From positions 1 through 52,765 of the IMG/VR virus record IMGVR_UViG_3300009194_000002: 52,765 bases of DNA, one strand, 5' to 3'. The position numbers and the translations under genes were made by a program. Below the pieces are notes generated by a model. That model made no database searches. It was not told the origin of the DNA and saw nothing but the letters and a program-made list of their open reading frames with translations. This stretch comes from a virus (Duplodnaviria; Caudoviricetes). Below are positions 18,470-26,925 of the stretch, one piece after another. How positions within the stretch are numbered: position 1 is the stretch's first letter; the number at the start of each line of letters is the position of its first letter.

Positions 18470-18721
18470 ATGGCTTTAAGTAATTATAAGATAAGTCAAA
18501 TCCACGTAGGTAAGGCGGCTATAACCGACAGGATCTACGCTGGTTTTCTAGACAGTTCTGGAAAAGATTTCAATAAAAAGAAAGATGTAACCGCAGAATT
18601 CACGCAGGCTTTAGTCGATAAATACTGCGGTTATATTAGCACTTTTTACCTTAACGGTAGAAAATATAAGGTAGAAGTGACTGACATTACAGACAATGAA
18701 GGAGGAAGGGATCTTGAGTAA
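18470..18721 (+). CDS. Hypothetical protein
   Basis: SD gaggtg. Confidence 0.7.
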   Translation: MALSNYKISQIHVGKAAITDRIYAGFLDSSGKDFNKKKDVTAEFTQALVDKYCGYISTFYLNGRKYKVEVTDITDNEGGRDLE

Positions 18722-18977
18722 AATACACTTTAAAATAAGTAAAAAAGCTGGAATAGCACACCACAACGAAACCGGGGAACCTGCCCCAGCTTATTCAGAA
18801 ATTAATTTACCTGGTACTTTTGTAGAGGACGAGGAAGCTTTTAGAAACTTCGCTAAGGCTACCATATCTAATATGTTAAGTATCAAGGAAGAATATTTAG
18901 AAATCATTACAGAGGAAGAATTTAACGCGATAGAAGGTAGCTACGACTACGGAAATAAAAAGGACCTAGAAAAATGA
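18714..18977 (+). CDS. Hypothetical protein ending in a copy of the polymerase C-terminus
   Basis: TTG18714 after ggaggaaggg; ends EGSYDYGNKKDLEK. Confidence 0.65.
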   Translation: MSKIHFKISKKAGIAHHNETGEPAPAYSEINLPGTFVEDEEAFRNFAKATISNMLSIKEEYLEIITEEEFNAIEGSYDYGNKKDLEK

Positions 18978-19348
18978 CTAGAAACCAGAAAGGCAGGCAA
19001 ATAATGAAAACAGTAAGCTGGGAAGAATGGAAGGCCGAAGGCGTAAAGTTATTCGGTAAGGATATTACAGACTGGCGCTTTAAATGCCCCGGCTGTAATA
19101 ATACCCAGACAATGAAGGAATTTATTAACCTGGGAATGGATAAAGCCGAAGCAGCTACCCGCTTTTATTACAGCTGTATAGGCCGCTGGGATAAGTCCCA
19201 GGGTTGCGACTATACAAGCGGCGGGCTTATAAATATAGCACCGATTAAAGTTATAAGGGGCGACGAAGAATTCCACGTATTCGAATTCGCAGAAGAAGAA
19301 AACAAAGTCGAACCTGGTAAATTCATAAAAGGAAAGGAAGGCGAATAA
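18974..19348 (+). CDS. Cys-containing phage protein, VVA0879-family-like
   Basis: EWKAEGVKLFG..WRFKCPGC..CIGR..GCDYTSGGL; family recalled from memory. Confidence 0.65.
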   Translation: MTRNQKGRQIMKTVSWEEWKAEGVKLFGKDITDWRFKCPGCNNTQTMKEFINLGMDKAEAATRFYYSCIGRWDKSQGCDYTSGGLINIAPIKVIRGDEEFHVFEFAEEENKVEPGKFIKGKEGE

Positions 19349-19987
19349 ATGGAATTAGCTACAGTCGCAGGATATGAAGGAATATTAAACGATCGACAAA
19401 TAGCCTATTTATGTAAACAGTACGGCTTTATTAAACCTTTTACTGCCGAGAATATAAAGGAACGGGTAAGTAAGGACTGGGCCGGCGAAACCAGTTATAA
19501 GGTATTAAGCTACGGCGTAGGATCTTACGGCTACGACTTCACTTTAGCCGACGAATTATACCTAAAAGAAAATAAGACCGGCGAAGTTATTAATGTTAAA
19601 AACTTTAAGATTGACGACCACTTCGAACTTATGAAAGTAGAACAGGATAGCTACGGTCAGTATGTTATTCTACCGCCCCACAGCTTCGTACTGGGCCGCA
19701 CTACAGAAAAAGTTAAAATGCCGCCGGACGTTATGGCTATCTGTTTTGATAAATCTACTTACGCCAGGGTAGGCGGCGTACAGACTAATATAACGCCGCT
19801 AGAGCCTGGTTGGGAAGGGACTATAACCTTAGAGATCAGAAACACTTTACCAGATTATACTAGATTATATGTTAATGAAGGTATAATACAGGCAGTCTTT
19901 TTTAAAGGGTTAAAGCCGAAGGTAAATTATAAGGATAAGGCCGGTAAGTATATGGGACAATCTAAGGTAACAGGTCCGAAGGTATGA
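19349..19987 (+). CDS. dcd: dCTP deaminase (trimeric dUTPase fold)
   Basis: SYGYD, KSTYAR, TPLEPGWEGTITLE and C-terminal YKDKAGKYMGQ. Confidence 0.9.
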   Translation: MELATVAGYEGILNDRQIAYLCKQYGFIKPFTAENIKERVSKDWAGETSYKVLSYGVGSYGYDFTLADELYLKENKTGEVINVKNFKIDDHFELMKVEQDSYGQYVILPPHSFVLGRTTEKVKMPPDVMAICFDKSTYARVGGVQTNITPLEPGWEGTITLEIRNTLPDYTRLYVNEGIIQAVFFKGLKPKVNYKDKAGKYMGQSKVTGPKV

Positions 19988-20093
19988 TAAGCTTAAAGGA
20001 AATAGAAAAATAGCAAAAGACAGCGGAAAAAGTAAAACAGCTGTAATAGCTTTAGGTAAGTTTTTATCTGGGGAAGACCTTAAAATTAAAGAG

Positions 20094-20402
20094 GTGGTTA
20101 CTATAGAAAAACTAAGAGGTCATAAAATAGAGCGTTTAAATGGTAAGTTTGTCTATTCAGATACTAAGGAACCTACTAAAAAAGGTTATTTTAAAAGGCC
20201 TTGTGGTAACTGTGGTAAGGACAGAACTAAAGAAGGTCACGACGGCTGTTTAGGTACCTTGCCAGGTGTAATGAACGCCTGCTGTGGCCATGGCGAAATA
20301 GACGAGTGTTATATACAATTTTTAGACGGTTCGGCGATTTATGGTAAAGAAGCTAAAATAGTTCAAGATATACTTAAGGACAGTAAAAGTTTAAGGCCTT
20401 AG
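20094..20402 (+). CDS. Cys/His-rich hypothetical protein (may extend upstream to 19984 via a frameshift)
   Basis: CGNCG..HDGCLGTLPGVMNACCGHG. Confidence 0.7.
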   Translation: MVTIEKLRGHKIERLNGKFVYSDTKEPTKKGYFKRPCGNCGKDRTKEGHDGCLGTLPGVMNACCGHGEIDECYIQFLDGSAIYGKEAKIVQDILKDSKSLRP

Positions 20403-20416
20403 AATGGAGGTTAATT

Positions 20417-20815
20417 ATGGAAGCTAAAGAAGATTACGCTTTTTTATGCCCTAATTGCTTTACAGATCACGACTTATATGAAGAAAATATTAATACTTTA
20501 AATAGACAAGACAGAGAAAATCCGTGGGTTTGTCATAACTGCGGCTGGGAAGGTAAGAAGGTAGAACTTTTAAAAGTAGATAAACAGTTAAGGATACTAG
20601 AAAAATTAGCTAAAAAGAGTATTACAGGTCTAGACAGAGATATAGAAAACTTAAGCAAGGTTTTAGATCTTTTAAATACCTACGTACTAAAAAGATCTGA
20701 AAGTTACAAAAATAATCTTGATTGTATAAAAGATTTTCGAGACCGACTAGATACTCTTATAGATAAGACTGACGATATTATTAACACAGCAAGAATAACA
20801 GGCGAAAAATATTAA
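20417..20815 (+). CDS. Zinc-ribbon plus coiled-coil protein
   Basis: CPNC and CHNCG; SD ggaggt. Confidence 0.7.
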   Translation: MEAKEDYAFLCPNCFTDHDLYEENINTLNRQDRENPWVCHNCGWEGKKVELLKVDKQLRILEKLAKKSITGLDRDIENLSKVLDLLNTYVLKRSESYKNNLDCIKDFRDRLDTLIDKTDDIINTARITGEKY

Positions 20816-20826
20816 AGGGTGGTATT

Positions 20827-21111
20827 ATGGTTAATTTCGACGTTCAATACTGGGACGAAAAAGTAAAGGATCAAGCAATTAAGGCTAAGGGTTTATGCAC
20901 AGAAGGTTATACTAAACATTATATAGGTCAAATGATATTTAATGTAGATCACGCTATAATGCACGGTAATTTAGCTAAGGCTTATTTACAGTCCCGGGCT
21001 GTAGCTGATGTATTAAATAAGGATCATTTTTATAAGGAAGTTTACGGGTCAATTGAAACAGAGGAAATTAAAGAACTTAAAAAATTAGGTAAAATGTTAG
21101 CTGATTTATAA
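20827..21111 (+). CDS. Hypothetical protein
   Basis: SD aaagggtgg. Confidence 0.7.
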   Translation: MVNFDVQYWDEKVKDQAIKAKGLCTEGYTKHYIGQMIFNVDHAIMHGNLAKAYLQSRAVADVLNKDHFYKEVYGSIETEEIKELKKLGKMLADL

Positions 21112-21129
21112 ACATTAAGGGGCGATATT

Positions 21130-21498
21130 ATGGATCCAAAAACTAAATTATTCGGGACTAAAGACCAGGTAAAAGACTATACGGGCGTCAGCGATTTTAC
21201 AGCTTTTTTCCTGTGGGAATGTCTTAAGAACGGATCTATGACAGATCAAGATATTATTAAGGCTGTAGAAAAAGATCCGACTACTGACGTCAGATTATGT
21301 TACGAAGCCTTACAGGATAAAAGAACAGACGCGGCTAAAATAGCAAAAGAGGAAACCAGGAAGGCTTATAAAAAGAGTAAAAGCTTAAGACGCCCTGGTA
21401 ACGGCAGTAAACCTTTTAAAGATAAAAGATACCCTAATTTATGTGAAAAAGTACCGGATCATTATAATAAAATATTTAATGGGAGGGGCAGACCATGA
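21130..21498 (+). CDS. Hypothetical protein
   Basis: SD aagggggcg. Confidence 0.7.
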   Translation: MDPKTKLFGTKDQVKDYTGVSDFTAFFLWECLKNGSMTDQDIIKAVEKDPTTDVRLCYEALQDKRTDAAKIAKEETRKAYKKSKSLRRPGNGSKPFKDKRYPNLCEKVPDHYNKIFNGRGRP

Positions 21499-22127
21499 AA
21501 AACTATCTAAATAAACACGAAAAGAACCAGGTTTTGACTATAGCTTCTTTTGTATCATTCTTTAACGACCTGGCCGATGAGTGGGAAAAATTAGACAGGG
21601 ACAGTAAACCTATAGGGAATATGAGAAGGGCCAGAACCCGCGCCCAGCGTGTATTAGATTACTTATTCGAAGAAATAGACGGGGAACAGAAAAAGAAGAT
21701 GGCCGAACAATTATCTAAAATGGAACTTGTAGTAAGATATAAGGATCAAGCGGCCAGGGAATACAAGAAAATGCAAAAGCTAGAGGACGTAACACCGGTA
21801 GATACTGATGATTTATTCGACATAGCTAACACGGCGCTTAACTACTGTATTAAAAAGTGTACTAACACCGGTAAAGAAGTCGAAAACTGTGTTAATAGGA
21901 AGCTATTTTTAAAATATGATATACCGGTCCTAGACGATAAAGCAAAAGCTGGAAAATGTCCGTACCAGTTTAAGAGTTTAAATAAGATCCGCGAGGAAAA
22001 CCAGAAAACAGATCTTATGATTAAGGAAATTACAGGTAAAACTGATCTAGATAAAAGAGAAGCTAAAAAGCTTCTAAAAAGGCTTAATTCAATTAGCGAG
22101 GTTAACGGGAAAATAAAAGAAGTATAA
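21495..22127 (+). CDS. Hypothetical phage protein (DUF5651-like)
   Basis: MKNYLNKHEK start and C-x3-C-x9-C..CPY cluster; family recalled from memory. Confidence 0.6.
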   Translation: MKNYLNKHEKNQVLTIASFVSFFNDLADEWEKLDRDSKPIGNMRRARTRAQRVLDYLFEEIDGEQKKKMAEQLSKMELVVRYKDQAAREYKKMQKLEDVTPVDTDDLFDIANTALNYCIKKCTNTGKEVENCVNRKLFLKYDIPVLDDKAKAGKCPYQFKSLNKIREENQKTDLMIKEITGKTDLDKREAKKLLKRLNSISEVNGKIKEV

Positions 22128-22138
22128 GGCGGGATAAA

Positions 22139-22258
22139 ATGCTACAGCGTTTTAAAGATAAATGCAGGGAGATTTACGACACTTATAATATAGAATTTAT
22201 AATAGCTATGTTAGTTTTAATAGCTTTCTGGGTAGGCTTCTTTTCTGCGATATTGTAA
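22139..22258 (+). CDS. Small membrane protein (39 aa)
   Basis: SD aaggcggg; hydrophobic FIIAMLVLIAFWVGFFSAIL. Confidence 0.6.
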   Translation: MLQRFKDKCREIYDTYNIEFIIAMLVLIAFWVGFFSAIL

Positions 22259-22321
22259 TACTTACTACCCCTATTATACACTAAATTACGGCAAAAATCT
22301 ATAATCGGAGGTTAATTAATA

Positions 22322-22966
22322 ATGAAAAATAATACCAGATTACAAAAAGCGGCTAACAAGTTTATGGATATAGCGGAGGAATTTAAAGTCGATATACTGC
22401 CTATGTCTTTAGGTAAAACCGGCGACGGACGGGACAGGGTAGGTTTAGGGATTGCTGACAGAGAAGGTGAAGGCGAAATTATACCTTTCCAGGATATTAA
22501 AAGAGATCCAGAATATAGAAGCGACCTTCCACCGGAAAACTGGGAAGAATTCTTAGAGATCCAGACAGAAGAATTTATTAGAAAAGATACTGATTACCGA
22601 CACAAATATACCCGAGGTTTATTAAAGCACGGTAAAATTATCTGGGAATGGGAAGTAGAAAAGAAATTAGATAGGATCAGAACCTGGATAGATCGCGGCG
22701 AGTTAACGGTAAAAGGCGAGGGTCTTAATAATGCAGTAGGTGACCTTTTTAACTATACTGTACTATACGAAATGTATAAGGACGCCGAGGACCGAGAAGA
22801 AGCCTTAGAAATGCTAAATAAAGCTACTTTTAAATGGTACGCTAACGCCTTTGAACCGGCAGAATGGGTAGATATGTTAGTTAAGGCTGGGCTTATTGAT
22901 CCAGACGAAACAATGGTAAAGGGTGTTATCTTTAAATTTATGGGCGTAGCTGATCTAAAAGCTTAA
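22322..22966 (+). CDS. Protein with a DUF1599/Nmad1-like all-alpha (MazG-like) domain
   Basis: FIRKDTDY..KKLDRI..DLFNY pattern. Confidence 0.5.
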   Translation: MKNNTRLQKAANKFMDIAEEFKVDILPMSLGKTGDGRDRVGLGIADREGEGEIIPFQDIKRDPEYRSDLPPENWEEFLEIQTEEFIRKDTDYRHKYTRGLLKHGKIIWEWEVEKKLDRIRTWIDRGELTVKGEGLNNAVGDLFNYTVLYEMYKDAEDREEALEMLNKATFKWYANAFEPAEWVDMLVKAGLIDPDETMVKGVIFKFMGVADLKA

Positions 22967-22986
22967 AACAGACTGGGGGCGACAGT

Positions 22987-23736
22987 ATGAATAAGCACAA
23001 AAAGGCTGAAATTTACTTTATAGCGGCCCTGGTAGTTACTTGTATATGTATTTATACACTAACGACTATTCTATGGCAAAGGGGGCCTAATTATGGGGCG
23101 ACAGGTACACAAAAGCTAGGACAGACAGAAAAAGGGCAGAGCAAAGGACAGACGGAAGCAGTTTTTAAGGAAGGAAAAGAAGTCAAAGGGGGTCGATCAA
23201 GTGGGCGTGGAAGAACTATCAAAACAGCTGGACCAGGTTTACAACAAGAACTTAAGTTTGAAGGCAGAGAACAAACAGCTGAAAAAGGAAAAGGAACGCT
23301 ACAAAAAAGCCTGGAAAGCGGAAAAGAGGTTAACAAAGGCGGAAGCAAAGAAAGTAGACACCTGGCGCCAGGAAGTAATAGCGCACCGGTTAGCGACGTC
23401 AATATTAACGATAATCGCGCTTTTATGGGTCTTTTTAAGATAACAGCTTACACAGCTGGGCCAGAAAGCACCGGAAAACGGCCCGGGGACCCTGCTTATG
23501 GTATTACAGCTTCTGGGGCTAAGGTTAGGCCAGAACACACTATAGCGGCCGACTGGGACGTACTACCGCCAGGAACTAAAGTCTATATCGAAGGTGTGGG
23601 CGAAAGAACAGTAACGGATAAAGGCGGGGCGGTAAAAGAAAAACATATAGATTTATACATACCGGAATTAGAGGACGCCCTTAACTGGGGCGTAAGACAC
23701 CGGGAAGTTTGGATAATTAAAAAGGGGGCTAATTAA
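22987..23736 (+). CDS. Membrane-anchored 3D-domain (MltA-like) peptidoglycan enzyme
   Basis: N-terminal TM helix; ITAYT..GITASG..IAAD..DKGG..IDLY. Confidence 0.85.
   Translation: MNKHKKAEIYFIAALVVTCICIYTLTTILWQRGPNYGATGTQKLGQTEKGQSKGQTEAVFKEGKEVKGGRSSGRGRTIKTAGPGLQQELKFEGREQTAEKGKGTLQKSLESGKEVNKGGSKESRHLAPGSNSAPVSDVNINDNRAFMGLFKITAYTAGPESTGKRPGDPAYGITASGAKVRPEHTIAADWDVLPPGTKVYIEGVGERTVTDKGGAVKEKHIDLYIPELEDALNWGVRHREVWIIKKGAN
23201..23443 (+). CDS. Overprinted coiled-coil protein with C-terminal TM helix, nested in the 3D gene
   Basis: GTG23201 preceded by the genome-typical SD aaagggggt; heptads followed by ILTIIALLWVFL. Confidence 0.55.
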   Translation: MGVEELSKQLDQVYNKNLSLKAENKQLKKEKERYKKAWKAEKRLTKAEAKKVDTWRQEVIAHRLATSILTIIALLWVFLR

Positions 23737-23739
23737 TTA

Positions 23740-24375
23740 ATGATGTATGTAGTTTATGGGATTACAGTAATAGCGGCAGTATTATTTGCAGGTTATCTGG
23801 GCGGCTTAAGGGCGGCCCAGATCTTAGAGGATCATAAGCAAAAGGAACATAAAAAGAAAGGTAGAAGCGGGCCTAAGTTACCGAACCACGTAAATTGCAG
23901 GTCTAAGCTACCGCCGGAATTTTACACAGTACTATTTGACAATAACTACAGCAAGGAAGATCTAGAAAAACTAGATAAAAAGTTAGAGGCAGGTCAATTT
24001 ATTATAACAGTACCTATTGATAAGAATGATCTTAAAGCTAGAATTGAAAACTTGGAGGATCGGCTGGAAGCTCATAAGATCGAAGCCAAAGGTAATTATG
24101 ACAGGCTCTTTAAATATGTAGACCATAATTTAGATAAAACAGAAACCCTTGTAAATAAGATTAATTCGGGACTAGATTTTGAAACTTTAAGTAAGATAGA
24201 AGAATTTACAGAACAGCTGATCGAGGAAAAGCCGCCGATCTGCAAACATAAGTACAAACAGCTGATTTTAGATTTTTACGGCGAAGAAGAATATAAAGAA
24301 GCCTGTATTTATGAAGTGCTTAAGGAAGGTAAGCTGGATATGGAGGAAGGGGCGCTTTGTTATGATGAAAGCTAA
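23740..24375 (+). CDS. Membrane-anchored hypothetical protein
   Basis: N-terminal TM helix; SD aagggggc. Confidence 0.7.
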   Translation: MMYVVYGITVIAAVLFAGYLGGLRAAQILEDHKQKEHKKKGRSGPKLPNHVNCRSKLPPEFYTVLFDNNYSKEDLEKLDKKLEAGQFIITVPIDKNDLKARIENLEDRLEAHKIEAKGNYDRLFKYVDHNLDKTETLVNKINSGLDFETLSKIEEFTEQLIEEKPPICKHKYKQLILDFYGEEEYKEACIYEVLKEGKLDMEEGALCYDES

Positions 24376-24994
24376 GTTACTTACTAACATAGGACCTTTA
24401 GAGTATAACTTCCCGGAAATGAAAACCCGGGAGGACGTCAGAACATATGTTAATAAAAAATTAAAAGGTGATAGGTTATTTCAATTTACAGACGGTAAGT
24501 TACTGGAAATATACGAGGATATGGAAATATTCGGCCTTGAAGTCTGGGAAGAAATCGAGGAAAATACTACAGCTGGGGAAGATCCTTTTAAGCCGCCGGC
24601 GCCTGGGCTGGATCTTAAAAAAGAGGAAAAATTCTTCCGCCGCGAAGGTAAAACTACTTATTTAGGTCACGATATAATTATTAAATTCCAGGGTTGTGTA
24701 GGACAGTATAAAATTTATTATCTGCCTGTATTTATTGAAACTGACAGAAATAAGGTAGAAGTTCGCCAGGATCTGGCCTTAAGTCCAGATAACCTAAAAT
24801 CAACCTTAAAAGACTGGGCCACAAGAAACTTAAAAGGCGAAACAGAAGAAATAGTAATCCCACCCGGCGAATTAGGCGGCTGGGAAGAAGCTAAGGAATA
24901 CTTAAAAGATTATGTAGAAACTGTAGAAGAAAGGATAGTCCCGGAGGAAAATAAAAACGCTAAAGCAGTCTACGGGCTAAGATCTAAGGAATAA
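24362..24994 (+). CDS. Hypothetical protein
   Basis: ATG24362/24365 after ggaggaagggg. Confidence 0.7.
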   Translation: MMKAKLLTNIGPLEYNFPEMKTREDVRTYVNKKLKGDRLFQFTDGKLLEIYEDMEIFGLEVWEEIEENTTAGEDPFKPPAPGLDLKKEEKFFRREGKTTYLGHDIIIKFQGCVGQYKIYYLPVFIETDRNKVEVRQDLALSPDNLKSTLKDWATRNLKGETEEIVIPPGELGGWEEAKEYLKDYVETVEERIVPEENKNAKAVYGLRSKE

Positions 24995-25007
24995 AGGCGG
25001 TGAAATT

Positions 25008-25427
25008 ATGAAAAGTTACGAGTTTAAAATTACAATAACTTATAGCGGCAACTTGCAATCTGAGAGTGAAAAAGAAGCTATAAGTAAGTTAAGTAAAGAT
25101 AACAGCAAAGACTTAAATTTTACAGATACTGACCGAAAAATAACGGTAAATAGAGTACTCACAGGCAAAGAAAAGCTGGAAAAGCAGTTATATCCTGGGA
25201 AAATACCCGAGGGTACAAGCAAAGAAGCTTTTATAGAGTTTGCAGTTAAGAACTTTAGTGAATTCGAGGTAGCTGACGCCCTGGATCTCACAGAATTAGC
25301 GATCAGAGGTTCCAGGCAAAGCTTATACACAGCTGAACAGTTTGGTAAAATACTTAAACACGCTCTTAAATCAGGGTTTAAACCAGAAGAAATTAGACAG
25401 GATATTTACAACGAGTATTTAAGATAA
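25008..25427 (+). CDS. Hypothetical protein
   Basis: SD aaggcggtg. Confidence 0.7.
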   Translation: MKSYEFKITITYSGNLQSESEKEAISKLSKDNSKDLNFTDTDRKITVNRVLTGKEKLEKQLYPGKIPEGTSKEAFIEFAVKNFSEFEVADALDLTELAIRGSRQSLYTAEQFGKILKHALKSGFKPEEIRQDIYNEYLR

Positions 25428-25457
25428 TTAACTAAATAACTTAAAAGGTGTGATTAT

Positions 25458-26048
25458 ATGGAAACTATAAAGATTAATAATATAGACTATAAGATCGAAG
25501 ATAGGGACTACTGGTTAAATAACGGCGATAATGTAAGCGCTATCCATATTAACAGGGGTTTACTATCTGTTTTAAGTGAACTGCCCGTACAGCGCTATAA
25601 TCGCTATTTAATGGAACTTGTAAGCAGGATCTTAATTTATGAAACTTTCTGGCCCGAAGATCCCGGGATAGATCACCAGCAGTTCGGTAATACGCTTTAC
25701 AGTTTTATGAGGTCTAATGAAGTTAGATCCTGGCTTCTAGAAGAAGATAACATACCTAATAGGGTAGTTATCAGAGATTTAGTTTACGATGTTATTATCA
25801 GCGAAAAGGGCGACCAGTTCCTGGACGCTACCGACTGTACAGGCCAGATCAAGCAAGGCCAGCTTAAGATCTTCATATTAAGCGGGATCCCAGAGCAGAG
25901 GAAAAAGGCTGTATTATTACACGAAATAACCCACGGCTTGCTACACGAAGCAGGGTTAGAGGATCACGACGACGATAAGATAGTAAGGCCGCTTACTAAT
26001 ATGCTTCATAACTTCTTTTTAGATAATGACTTTAGCTTTTTAAGGTAG
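25458..26048 (+). CDS. Zincin-like (HExxH) metallopeptidase-fold protein with an internal duplication
   Basis: LLHEITH in the second of two similar ~95-aa halves. Confidence 0.65.
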   Translation: METIKINNIDYKIEDRDYWLNNGDNVSAIHINRGLLSVLSELPVQRYNRYLMELVSRILIYETFWPEDPGIDHQQFGNTLYSFMRSNEVRSWLLEEDNIPNRVVIRDLVYDVIISEKGDQFLDATDCTGQIKQGQLKIFILSGIPEQRKKAVLLHEITHGLLHEAGLEDHDDDKIVRPLTNMLHNFFLDNDFSFLR

Positions 26049-26055
26049 GTGTAAA

Positions 26056-26208
26056 ATGGAAAATTCTGTAATAAGTAAGGAAGAAGCTTTAGAATTAATT
26101 AAAGAAAATAAGGTTAGATTAGTTAGTAAAATAGATCACGAAAAAGACGGCCAGGTAGATATTAAGTTTAGGATATATAAGCCAGAAAAGAAAGAAGGTA
26201 AACAATGA
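26056..26208 (+). CDS. Small hypothetical protein (50 aa)
   Basis: SD aaggtaggtg; ATGA overlap with the next gene. Confidence 0.6.
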   Translation: MENSVISKEEALELIKENKVRLVSKIDHEKDGQVDIKFRIYKPEKKEGKQ

Positions 26209-26393
26209 AAACTATAATTGCTGAATGTCCGGTAACTAAACTACCAGAAGGGAAAACTACTATAAGCTTAGATCCAGGTATAGAAAAGTTAGAGGGTAAG
26301 GACTGGCAGGATAGATATAAGATTAGCGGCACCAATGTTTTAGAAATAGACGACACCGCGTTAGTAAGGGTTAGTTTAGAGGAGGTAAGTTAA
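26205..26393 (+). CDS. Hypothetical protein
   Basis: Translationally coupled ORF. Confidence 0.65.
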   Translation: MKTIIAECPVTKLPEGKTTISLDPGIEKLEGKDWQDRYKISGTNVLEIDDTALVRVSLEEVS

Positions 26394-26914
26394 TGGATCA
26401 TATAAGACCTAAAGGTATGACAGAATTAATAAGGTTTGACTATACTTGTCTGTGTGGTAAAACATTCCCTACCGCAATAACAGGCGAAGGTATAAGCGTA
26501 GGTGATACAGGCGGGACAGTCTGCCCCAGCTGTGAAAGAGAACAAGTACTAGAAAAAGAGGAAATTAAATATATTATTAGATCAGTTAGTAAAGGTAAAC
26601 GTAAAAAAGAGCCAGAGGAAGCGTTTAGGTTCAATAATACAGCTTTGTTAGATAATAAGGTGTTTAAGTACGCTGATGTAACAGATTTACAGATTAAAGG
26701 TATAAAAGACGACCTGCGAATAAATTTATTTGCAGATATAGCAGAAACTTTAGAAGGATTAGACCAAGGTTACCCAGAAGATAAAAAGTATAAGAAGGAA
26801 ATGTATTTTATTAAGGTACAGCTGGAAGAACTCTACGATCACAGGGTCCAAAGCCACAGGAACGGGGCAGAATTTAATATCAACGCTAAACTAGAAACTT
26901 ACAGTATAAAGTAG
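26393..26914 (+). CDS. Zinc-ribbon-containing hypothetical protein
   Basis: CLCG and CPSC; SD gaggaggt. Confidence 0.7.
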   Translation: MDHIRPKGMTELIRFDYTCLCGKTFPTAITGEGISVGDTGGTVCPSCEREQVLEKEEIKYIIRSVSKGKRKKEPEEAFRFNNTALLDNKVFKYADVTDLQIKGIKDDLRINLFADIAETLEGLDQGYPEDKKYKKEMYFIKVQLEELYDHRVQSHRNGAEFNINAKLETYSIK

Positions 26915-26925
26915 AGGTGGTGTTT

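Noticed and set aside
23117-23119. Genome-wide TAG recoding suggested by the in-frame TAG in the nested ORF
   Set aside because: Conserved genes (helicase, primase-helicase, terL, portal) end at TAG followed directly by the next SD, and no suppressor tRNA is visible.
24468-24665. Nested + strand ORF inside 24362..24994
   Set aside because: No convincing protein features, unlike the nested ORF at 23201.
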